NCBI GenBank assembly: GCA_022562795.1
Contig: JADFOP010000017.1
Location: forward strand, 1-36,034
Direction: 5' to 3'
Length of the DNA: 36,034 bases
Source of the DNA: Nitrospinota bacterium
Lineage (GTDB): Bacteria > JADFOP01
The notes below the pieces were generated by a model. It searched no databases, was not told the origin of the DNA, and saw only the letters and a program-made list of their open reading frames with translations. A program made the position numbers and the translations under genes. This document shows, one piece after another, positions 24,919 through 33,043 of the stretch. Within the stretch, counting starts at the first letter, position 1. Each line of letters opens with the position of its first letter.

Positions 24919-25886
24919 CGGCTCTGCTCTACAGCGTTAATTCTGCGGCCGCCTTGCTCCGTCATGCTGAGCAGAGTGCGGGTTATCGTCTCGATGGATG
25001 CGGCCGACCGGCTGGCCGGATACTCTGTCAGCAGCGGCTTAAACCGTTTGATGGCTAGGTGAACCTGCTCGTCGTATGGGATGGCCCCAACGTATCGGAG
25101 GTCAACCCCCAGGTACTTCCGAGCGATGTCTTCGATTGCCTGGCCCAAATCGATATCCTCTTCGCGCCGGGTTTGGTTTAGAATAAGGACAGGGCGGAAC
25201 TCCCGCATGGCCCGCTCCAGGCGTTCGGCGACGACCCCGTTGTATGGCCGGACCTGTTGGATTAGGTCGTGAATGGTCTTGATCTCTTGGCCGTTGGCTT
25301 GGGCGAGAGCCTTTCGCATGGTTTGTTTGAGGTCGCGCCCGTCGGCTGTCCGGTAGAGCTTGCGAAGGATGGCGCTCTTTAGAAATCGGTAGGCGTTCTC
25401 CACGCTGGTGGGCTCTGGGTTGGTGAGCATAATTCCTGTATTGGCGCTAAGGAAGAAGTCCACGATGTTGAAACTTGACCCCCCGCCGATATCGACGATG
25501 ATGAACTCGGCGGGCAGCTTCTGGATGTGGCGAATCAGGCGCAGCTTTTGTTGGAACCTGGGGTTGGCGATTTCGAAAACGTCCCTGGCGGCGCTTATGA
25601 GCTTGAGCCCCTCGACGGGCGTGTCCAAAAGGAGCTCTTCAAGGGAAGGGACGTCGCCGGAGAGAAAATCCGCCAGAGTCGCCTTGGGCGACTTGATCCC
25701 CAGGCAGGTGTGGAGATTGGCCGCCCCCAGGTCGGCGTCTACGATGACTGTATTTCGGCCGAGCCGGGCAAGCTGTATGCCCAGGCTGGCCGTAAGAAAG
25801 CTCTTTCCCGTACCACCCTTACCGCCGCCGACGGCCCAGGTGTATTTCCTCTCCTGGAGGGCAGGGAGAGCCTCTTGGCCGGCCAT
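24915..25886 (-). CDS. MinD/FlhG (ParA superfamily) ATPase
   Basis: Deviant Walker A GGGKGGTGKS, VDADLGAANL, PEPTSVENAY; stop overlaps the next start. Confidence 0.88.
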   Translation of the reverse strand: MAGQEALPALQERKYTWAVGGGKGGTGKSFLTASLGIQLARLGRNTVIVDADLGAANLHTCLGIKSPKATLADFLSGDVPSLEELLLDTPVEGLKLISAARDVFEIANPRFQQKLRLIRHIQKLPAEFIIVDIGGGSSFNIVDFFLSANTGIMLTNPEPTSVENAYRFLKSAILRKLYRTADGRDLKQTMRKALAQANGQEIKTIHDLIQQVRPYNGVVAERLERAMREFRPVLILNQTRREEDIDLGQAIEDIARKYLGVDLRYVGAIPYDEQVHLAIKRFKPLLTEYPASRSAASIETITRTLLSMTEQGGRRINAVEQSR

Positions 25887-25997
25887 CCGATGCCATCCTC
25901 TCTGCTACGATACCTGACGGTATCGGCCGCGCCCATGCAGGGAGCGAATTTAGCTTTGAGAACGTTAATTTACGCGCTTGAGAGATTCTGCGAAACC

Positions 25998-26026
25998 ACT
26001 ATACCAGCGTTAATTCGGAAAATCAA
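25998..26026 (-). promoter_or_regulatory. sigma70 promoter for the MinD-like operon
   Basis: TTGATT-N17-TATAGT with TG extension. Confidence 0.55.
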
Positions 26027-26127
26027 GGAAAAAGATTGTAGGTCGATATTCGGAAAATCGCGGAAAATCGCGGAAAAAACGAAAAAAGAGCGAAAATGGA
26101 CCGGTTGGACGAGCGTGTCGCCGAACC

Positions 26128-26814
26128 TCAATCGCTCAAGCGATATCTGACGAGGGTCCAGAGCGCCACAAATCCGTCACGCCAGGTGATTTTCTTCCCC
26201 TCGTCGTAACTGCGGCCGTAGTAGGCGATGGGCACCTCGAACACCCGGCAGCCGCGTTTCAGAACCTTCGCCGTCAGCTCCGGCTCGATGTCAAACCGGT
26301 TGGCCTTGAGCTTTAGGCTCTTGAGCAGCTCGGTCCTGAAGACCTTGTAGCCGGTCTCCATGTCCGAGAGGGTGGAGTTGAAGAGGAGGTTTGTTACGAA
26401 GGTCAGGAACTTGTTGCCCACGTAGTGCCAGAAGAGATGGACCCTTTGGACCTTGCCCCGCGCCAGGCGGGTGCCGTAGACGACGTCGCACGGGCCTTTG
26501 CTAAAGGGAGCGAGGAGGTCGGGATAGTCGTCGGGGTCGTACTCGAGGTCGGCGTCCTGAATGATGGTCAGCTCGCCGGTGACGTGGGCAAGGGCCGTCC
26601 GGATGGCGGCGCCCTTCCCCCGGTTGCTTGGATGGTAGATGACCTTGATTCCGCCCTCCGCCTCCAGCTTAACAAGGACCTCCCTGGTGCCGTCGGTCGA
26701 GCCGTCGTCAACCACGATGATCTCTTTATCAATCGGGACGGCCTCGACGCGTCGAAGGATCTCCTCGATGAAGGCCCGCTCGTTGTAGGCAGGGACGATG
26801 ACTGAAAGTTTCAT
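26128..26814 (-). CDS. GT2 glycosyltransferase, DPM-synthase-like
   Basis: LSVIVPAYNE, VVDDGSTDGT, NRGKGAA, QDADLEYDP, DMETGYK, GKKITWRDG. Confidence 0.93.
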   Translation of the reverse strand: MKLSVIVPAYNERAFIEEILRRVEAVPIDKEIIVVDDGSTDGTREVLVKLEAEGGIKVIYHPSNRGKGAAIRTALAHVTGELTIIQDADLEYDPDDYPDLLAPFSKGPCDVVYGTRLARGKVQRVHLFWHYVGNKFLTFVTNLLFNSTLSDMETGYKVFRTELLKSLKLKANRFDIEPELTAKVLKRGCRVFEVPIAYYGRSYDEGKKITWRDGFVALWTLVRYRLSD

Positions 26815-26918
26815 TCGGCTGCGCTCTCTTTCCTCAAAGCATCCAAACTCCACGAGCTCTCTTTCAGTATACCAGCCCCGCCTCGGAGGAGGGAAGGGGA
26901 TTAAGCGGTCCGGGTAAT

Positions 26919-27161
26919 TCCGCCTCAGGCGGACGACATCGTCGTGTGCCTTTGTAGGGACAGGGTTTACCCTGTCCGTGGGTTAGACGGGCAGGTCGCT
27001 GTCCTAAAGGCCGGAGACCCCCTGTTCTAAAAGCCGGACAGCCTAAAGGCTGTCCCTACATGGTTTTGTGCCCCTGTAGGGACAGGGTTTACCCTGTCCG
27101 TGGGTTAGACGGGCGGGTCGCTGCCCTAAAGGCCGGACACCGACAATCCGCCTCAGGCGGA
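26919..27161. repeat. GTAG-family REP cluster (BIME/REPIN-like) flanked by two TCCGCCTCAGGCGGA palindromes
   Basis: GTAG+GGACAGGG-TTTA-CCCTGTCC at 26954-26977 and 27076-27099; inverted variant at 27036-27059; 63-bp direct repeat 26953-27015/27075-27137 with 2 mismatches. Confidence 0.85.
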
Positions 27162-27259
27162 GACCCTGACTCCACATCCCCCTTGCGCCGGGTCCGCTCT
27201 GGGTGGTTTAATAACCGCTGGTTTTTGGGGCGCATGGCCGCACGCTCGTCGAGGAAACT

Positions 27260-28363
27260 ATGCCGATCCCCGCCTTCGATCTCACCCGCCAGTACGCCTC
27301 CATGAAGGAGGCCATCGACGGGGCCGTCCGCCGGGTCGTCGAAAGCGGCCAATTCGTCTTAGGCGAGGAGGTCGAGGCGCTGGAGGCGGAGGTCGCGGCC
27401 TTCTTAGGCGCAAGCCACGCCGTGGGCGTGGCCTCCGGCACCGACGCCCTACACCTGGTCTTGCGGGCCGCAGGCATAGGGCCGGGCGATGAGGTTCTCG
27501 TTCCCGCCTTCACCTTCATCGCTCCGGCCGAAGTGGTCGTCTACTGCGGCGCCACGCCCGTCTTTGTGGACATCGACCCTTCGACCTTCGCCCTCGACCC
27601 CGATGCCGCCGCCGCAGCTCTTACCGCCAGGACGAAGGCCATCATCCCCGTGCACCTCTTCGGACACCCCGCTCCTATGGAGGAGATCGGCGCCCTGGCA
27701 GACCGGCACGGACTCGCCGTCGTGGAGGACGCCGCCCAGGCCTTCGGCGCCCGCTGCGGGGGAAGCATGGTCGGCTCCCTGGGGCTCGCCGGTTGTCTTA
27801 GTTTCTTCCCGACGAAGAACCTGGGGGCCTACGGCGACGGCGGCATGGTGATAACGAACGATACGGCCCTGGCCGACGAGGTCCGCCGGCTTCGCGTTCA
27901 CGGCTCGGCCGAGCGCTACCTCCACCGGGTGGTGGGATACAATAGCCGCCTAGACGCACTCCAGGCGGCCATTCTTCGGGCGAAGCTCCCTCACCTCGAG
28001 GGGTGGAACGACGCCCGGCGCCGAATCGCCTCTGCATACACGGCCGGGCTTGAGAAGGTTGAGGGGCTCATTTGCCCGAAGGAGGCCGAGGGGGCGTATC
28101 ATGTATACCATCAGTACACAGTCCGGACTCCCCGACGCGACCTCCTTAAGGAGCGATTGGCCGAGGAGGGCATATCCACGGCCGTCTACTATCCCGTGTC
28201 GCTTCCGGCCCAGGAGGCTTTCGAGGGGGAGGGCTACCGGGAGGGGAGCTTCGTCGAAAGCGAGCGGGCGGCCAAGGAGGTCTTGAGCCTTCCCATGTTT
28301 CCGGAGTTGACGGATGAAGAGGTCGAGCGGGTGGTGCGGGCCGTCCAAATCATGATGTCATAA
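27260..28363 (+). CDS. DegT/DnrJ/EryC1/StrS nucleotide-sugar aminotransferase
   Basis: SGTDAL, EDAAQAFG, SFFPTKNLGAYGDGG, NSRLDALQAA, LSLPMFP. Confidence 0.95.
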   Translation: MPIPAFDLTRQYASMKEAIDGAVRRVVESGQFVLGEEVEALEAEVAAFLGASHAVGVASGTDALHLVLRAAGIGPGDEVLVPAFTFIAPAEVVVYCGATPVFVDIDPSTFALDPDAAAAALTARTKAIIPVHLFGHPAPMEEIGALADRHGLAVVEDAAQAFGARCGGSMVGSLGLAGCLSFFPTKNLGAYGDGGMVITNDTALADEVRRLRVHGSAERYLHRVVGYNSRLDALQAAILRAKLPHLEGWNDARRRIASAYTAGLEKVEGLICPKEAEGAYHVYHQYTVRTPRRDLLKERLAEEGISTAVYYPVSLPAQEAFEGEGYREGSFVESERAAKEVLSLPMFPELTDEEVERVVRAVQIMMS

Positions 28364-28376
28364 GCAGGTTGGCCTC

Positions 28377-28402
28377 TCCGCCTTAGGTCCGCCTAAGGCG
28401 GA
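28377..28402. repeat. Hairpin downstream of degT containing a TCCGCC-N3-GGCGGA unit
   Basis: TCCGCCTTAGG-TCCG-CCTAAGGCGGA; no U-tract. Confidence 0.6.
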
Positions 28403-28486
28403 ACCCCCTCCCTACATATCTCAGCGTTGTGCCTGAAGAGATGGTCGAGTACAATTTGGGTTCGTTGTTCAATCGAGGGACGGCGA

Positions 28487-29521
28487 GTGAAACGAGGCCA
28501 CGTCATTGCTGGATTTGCGCTGAGCATCCTCCTTTTAGGCTGGGTACTTCGAGGGGTTGGGTGGGCCCAGCTCCGCCTGGCCTTCACACACATCCGGCTG
28601 GAGTGGCTGGCGCCAATGGCTGCCCTCAGTGCGGGAGTCATCGGCATTCGGGCGTGGCGGTGGACCTATCTTCTGAGGCCGGTCCACCCGTTGGGGCTCG
28701 GCCTGTGCATCCGGGCCACGGGGATCGGGTTTCTCGGAAACATGGTGCTCCCCGCCCGGGCGGGCGAGTGGGTGCGGGCCGTGGTGGCAGGGGAGGGAGG
28801 TGGCGTGCCGACAAGCAGCGTCTTCGCCACCGTGGTGTTGGACCGCCTTGTAGACGCCATCTCGTTTCTGCCACTGATGGTCCTCGCCCTGGGATGGGTC
28901 GACCCACCCTTGATGGGCTCCGCCGTGAAGTTTTCGATGCGGGTAGGCGCGGGGATCTTTGGCGCCGTCGCCCTCATCGGTGGGCTGGTACTGTGGGGGA
29001 TGGCTCGAAGCCCTGAGAGGACCTCTTCTGTCCTGCGCCGGGCCTTGAGCTTTCTTCCCGCCCCGTGGGTGGAGAAAGTGGTTGGGTGGGGGGAGGATTT
29101 TGTCGGTGGTCTCCGTGGCGTGCCAGCAGCCAGAGATATGCTTCCCTTTCTCTTCCTGACTGCGCTCATCTGGGGGATGTTGTTGGCCATCAACCTCTGC
29201 CTCTTCAGGGCGTTTGACGTGGCCCTTCCGCTCTCGGCGGCTATCATCCTTCAGTTCCTCCAGATCCTGGGGGTGAGTCTCCCCTCAGCGCCTAGCTCCG
29301 TCGGGACCTTGCACGCCGCCACCATGGGCGGGCTGCTCCTCTATGGGCTGCCCCGCGCTCAAGCCCTCTCAGCCGCCCTGGTCTACCATGCTGTCGTTTC
29401 CGTGGCCATTGTCCTCGCTGGCCTTGCCTGCCTCCTGGCGGAGTCGGTATTGTCCGGCCGGCGCCTTAAGCTCACGGCGCTGGCGCGGGCCGGCTCGGCG
29501 CCGGGCCCTGAGGCGCTCTGA
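28487..29521 (+). CDS. Lysylphosphatidylglycerol-synthase TM family (UPF0104, flippase-like) membrane protein
   Basis: RAWRW..LL, GFLGNMVLPARAGE.VR, ATVVLDRLVD, PSAPSSVG; GTG start inferred from the SD. Confidence 0.85.
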   Translation: MKRGHVIAGFALSILLLGWVLRGVGWAQLRLAFTHIRLEWLAPMAALSAGVIGIRAWRWTYLLRPVHPLGLGLCIRATGIGFLGNMVLPARAGEWVRAVVAGEGGGVPTSSVFATVVLDRLVDAISFLPLMVLALGWVDPPLMGSAVKFSMRVGAGIFGAVALIGGLVLWGMARSPERTSSVLRRALSFLPAPWVEKVVGWGEDFVGGLRGVPAARDMLPFLFLTALIWGMLLAINLCLFRAFDVALPLSAAIILQFLQILGVSLPSAPSSVGTLHAATMGGLLLYGLPRAQALSAALVYHAVVSVAIVLAGLACLLAESVLSGRRLKLTALARAGSAPGPEAL

Positions 29522-29632
29522 CCCCTCGCCCTATATGAATTGGATATCGTCTCAAAAGTGTCGCCCGTGGTCGTTTGCCGCTCCTTTTGTGGCGACTTCT
29601 CTCACCATTTCCCAATAAGCTCGATTTTCCCC

Positions 29633-29676
29633 TTGACACTATTTTATAAGCGGTTATAATCGTTCAAAAATTGAAC
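29633..29676 (+). promoter_or_regulatory. Consensus sigma70 promoter with operator dyad at the expected start site
   Basis: TTGACA-N16-TATAAT (29633-29660), then GTTCAA-AAA-TTGAAC (29662-29676). Confidence 0.75.
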
Positions 29677-29903
29677 ACCCCCATCTACCTGGGGTTGTTC
29701 AGGGGGGCTCCTACCGCCGGGGATGTGAGGGTTGCCATCCTTGGTCGCGGGAGCAGCGCCACACCCGTTTCCTCTAGTTTTCGGTTACAAAGCCCTGTAA
29801 CCCACGGGGCGAAGCTGTGCCGCCTCTCATCAATAGAGCCCCCCTCCCAAGAGCTCTCTCTCCAAGCATTAGGTTCCCACACGGGGCCCCAGTTTAAAGG
29901 ACT

Positions 29904-30497
29904 ATGGATAAGGAATACCTCCGCACACTCCAGCTCTTGACTGAGATTGAGAGCGACGTCAAGATTACTCAGCGTTCGCTTTCGAAGTCGCTGGGTATCG
30001 CCCTTGGTTTGACCAATGCCTACCTGAAGCGTCTCATCAATAAGGGATTCGTCAAAATTCACCGGGCGGGCGCCAATCACATCCGCTACATTCTGACCCC
30101 TTCGGGACTCATGGAAAAGTCCCGTCTTACCTACGAGTATCTCCAATACTCCTTGAGCTTCTATCGGAACGTGCGCCAGGAGATCCAAAGCCGCATCGAT
30201 GCTCTGCGGGGCCGGGGGGTCAAGCATCTCGCATTTTACGGAGCCGGCGAGGTGGCGGAGATTGCTTACGTCTGTATGCATGGGTCGGACCTGGAGATTG
30301 TTGGTGTTGTCGATGACCGCCGGGCTGGAGAGACCTTTTTTGGTCATCCCGTCCATGAGCGGTCGGCGCTGCACGAGCTCATCTTCGATGTTGTCTTCGT
30401 AGCCTCGCTGGAGCACGAGGCGCCGATGATCGAGAACCTCCTGAGCATGGGGATCCTGGAAGAGAACATTGTTCACCTTGGGGAGAAGAGCGAGTGA
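29904..30497 (+). CDS. EPS-associated MarR-like winged-helix regulator with C-terminal Rossmann-like domain
   Basis: ITQRSLSKSLGIALGLTNAYLKRLINKG...YILTPSG..EK; AFYGAGEVAE...IVGVVDD. Confidence 0.88.
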   Translation: MDKEYLRTLQLLTEIESDVKITQRSLSKSLGIALGLTNAYLKRLINKGFVKIHRAGANHIRYILTPSGLMEKSRLTYEYLQYSLSFYRNVRQEIQSRIDALRGRGVKHLAFYGAGEVAEIAYVCMHGSDLEIVGVVDDRRAGETFFGHPVHERSALHELIFDVVFVASLEHEAPMIENLLSMGILEENIVHLGEKSE

Positions 30498-31771
30498 AGA
30501 GCAGGCCGGTTTCTCTCGGCACCCCTCTCCCGTTTGCCATTCCCCATTGGGCGTCGCATGCGCTAGGGCATCTCGAAGCCGGCCAGTTCGTCGCCCTCGC
30601 TATCATGATTGTCGCCCTGCCGCTCAGCGAATCGGTCAAAAATGTCGCTTTCGCCCTGGCGGTGGGCTGTTGGATTCTACGCCTTCTGATTGGCGATGCG
30701 CCACGTGCCCGGCTTACGGTGGTAGGCGCCGCTCAGGCGCTCATAGTGGCCGTCGCCGTTGCAAGCGCCTTTGTGGCCCTCAACCGCCTGCAGGGGTTCC
30801 GAGGCGCGTGGGATATGGCTCGGGCCTGGTTAACCTTTCTTCTGGTCCTGAACACCGTGACCTCGTGGGAGAGGCTCAAGAGGTGCTGGGCCCTCTTTGG
30901 TGGGGCCGCCGCTGTGGGGTCCATTGTGGGGCTGTGGGGGTTTCTCGCCCGGCTCCCGCAGGCCATCGAGGCTCGAACTCATGCCGACGCCGTCGCTGTG
31001 AAAGTCCTCTCCTTGGGCCATCCCAACCACACGGCGACATATCTCCTTATGATGATCGCTTTGGCCTTGTCCTACCTCATTTTTTCAGGGGACCTCAAAG
31101 AGCGACGCTACTGGTGGTTGTTCGCGCTAGGAGCGGCGGTAATGATTCCCTCGATGTTCTTCACGTTTTCGCGCTCGGCGGGCCTCACCTTCCTCGTTAT
31201 TCTCCTCGTCCTTGGGTTAGCCAGGGGTAGGGGTCGGCTTGCGATGGGGGTGGTGGCGGCCCTGCTCGTAGGTTCCGTCGGGGTCACCTACCTTCCGGTC
31301 GTCAAGCGACATTTTCTCAGCGCTTCTCACCCTTTCTACACGGGGGCCATTACCGTCCGGCTTAAGACGTGGCGGGGGGCGTTGCTCTTCGCCGACGAGC
31401 GCCCCCTTTTGGGGGCTGGGCCGCGCAACTTTAACTATATTGATAGGCAGCGCTACCCGGTAAATAGGAATATGAACCACGCCCACAGTCTCTACTTCAA
31501 CGTCTTGGCGGAAATGGGGTGGCTCGGCGTAGGCGCTCTTGCCCTCTGGTTAGGCTCTATCGTGGTTGTGGGGTGGCGGTCCCGCCGATTCTTCACTACG
31601 CCCTGGGGACAGGTCGTCTGGATGGGAACCCTGGGGTGCTTTATCACTATCACGCTCTCCGGCGTTATGACTACGACTTTTCACACCGAAGGCGCTATGG
31701 CCTTTTCCGCGATTATCGGCCTATTGCTGGCCGCTCCCCACCTACCGGCAGAGGAGCCTGGGCATCCGTAG
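30494..31771 (+). CDS. O-antigen ligase/polymerase family (Wzy_C) membrane protein
   Basis: Multiple TM segments; HPN, TFSR, PLLGAGPRNF, HAHSLYFNVLAEMG. Confidence 0.88.
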   Translation: MKSRPVSLGTPLPFAIPHWASHALGHLEAGQFVALAIMIVALPLSESVKNVAFALAVGCWILRLLIGDAPRARLTVVGAAQALIVAVAVASAFVALNRLQGFRGAWDMARAWLTFLLVLNTVTSWERLKRCWALFGGAAAVGSIVGLWGFLARLPQAIEARTHADAVAVKVLSLGHPNHTATYLLMMIALALSYLIFSGDLKERRYWWLFALGAAVMIPSMFFTFSRSAGLTFLVILLVLGLARGRGRLAMGVVAALLVGSVGVTYLPVVKRHFLSASHPFYTGAITVRLKTWRGALLFADERPLLGAGPRNFNYIDRQRYPVNRNMNHAHSLYFNVLAEMGWLGVGALALWLGSIVVVGWRSRRFFTTPWGQVVWMGTLGCFITITLSGVMTTTFHTEGAMAFSAIIGLLLAAPHLPAEEPGHP

Positions 31772-31897
31772 CCTTGGGTCATCGTCGCTTGAGCATAGTT
31801 TGTCTGAGCCACCTTGCTGAGTGGACGTCCAGTTAATTCAACGCATAATTCTACAGGGTTTAACTTCTTCGCTATGAAACGGGCCTTTGGTTAGGGC

Positions 31898-33037
31898 ATG
31901 AACGTCCTCATCGTCACTGGAATTTTTCCACCCGATATCGGTGGCCCAGCGACCTATGTGCCTCAGGTATCAGCGGCCCTTTCCGAGCGGGGCCACGATA
32001 TTACCGTAGTGACGCTGAGCGATAGTGTGGACCCCCATCACGATAACGAAGATCACCCTTTTCGGGTGGTGCGCATCCCACGGCGGATGTTTAGGCCGTG
32101 GCGTTGGCTCCGCACCGTCGTAGAGATCATCCGATTGGGGCGAGATACCAGTCTACTATTCGTGAACGGGATGTGGATGGAGGCGGTTTTGGCCAATATT
32201 TTCCTACGGAAGCCCTTGGTTCACAAGGTCGTGGGGGACCACGCCTGGGAGCGAGCAATCAACCTAGGCTGGGCAAGCGACAACTTTGAGGACTTCCAGA
32301 AAAAGCACTATGGCGTGAAGGTGGAGGCCCTAAAAGCGCTGCGGTCATGGTGGGCACGAAAAGCCGACATGGTCGTTGTTCCCAGCCGCTACCTCGCCCG
32401 ATGGATCGTCAGATGGGGCGTAGCCGAGGAGAGGCTGGTCGTCATTTACAATGGGGTAGAACCGCTCAACGGCGTCCAGCCTGCCGAAGTACCCTTGTCG
32501 ACTCCGATAAACCTTGTAACGGTCGGACGGCTTGTCCCTTGGAAACGTGTGGATATGGTGATCGAAGCCATTGCGCGACTAGAAAATTCTGGCTTGATCG
32601 TTGTAGGGGATGGTCCCGTGCTTAAGTTTCTCCAGGGGTTGGCGCGGAGGTTGGGAGTTTCCGACCGGGTCTATTTTGCTGGGCGGCGGAGCAAAACGGA
32701 GACGCTAGCCTTGATGGCGGCATGTGACATTTTCGTTTTGAACTCCACCTACGAGGGCTTTCCCCATGTGGTCTTGGAGGCGATGAGCCTTGGCTTGCCT
32801 GTCATTGCCACAGCCGTGGGCGGAATACCTGAGATAGTGCAGGATGGGGACAATGGGCGATTAATTGCGCCAACGGATGAAGAGGCGCTTTCTGGGGCCC
32901 TTTTGAAACTCGTCTTTTCTCCATGGGAACGACAGCGTCTGGCTGACGGGGCAAAGCGCACGGTTCATAAATTTAGCCGTTCTAACATGGTTGTGGAAAC
33001 TGAACGCGTCCTTAAATCAGTTTCTAGGAGACAATAG
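31898..33037 (+). CDS. GT4 glycosyltransferase
   Basis: FPPDIGG, VGRLVPWK, EGFPHVVLEAMSLG (EX7E). Confidence 0.93.
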   Translation: MNVLIVTGIFPPDIGGPATYVPQVSAALSERGHDITVVTLSDSVDPHHDNEDHPFRVVRIPRRMFRPWRWLRTVVEIIRLGRDTSLLFVNGMWMEAVLANIFLRKPLVHKVVGDHAWERAINLGWASDNFEDFQKKHYGVKVEALKALRSWWARKADMVVVPSRYLARWIVRWGVAEERLVVIYNGVEPLNGVQPAEVPLSTPINLVTVGRLVPWKRVDMVIEAIARLENSGLIVVGDGPVLKFLQGLARRLGVSDRVYFAGRRSKTETLALMAACDIFVLNSTYEGFPHVVLEAMSLGLPVIATAVGGIPEIVQDGDNGRLIAPTDEEALSGALLKLVFSPWERQRLADGAKRTVHKFSRSNMVVETERVLKSVSRRQ

Positions 33038-33043
33038 TCCCCC

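Noticed and set aside
29711-29718. ops element (GGCGGTAG) in the polysaccharide leader
   Set aside because: Present only as the reverse complement CTACCGCC, the wrong strand for the plus-strand operon.
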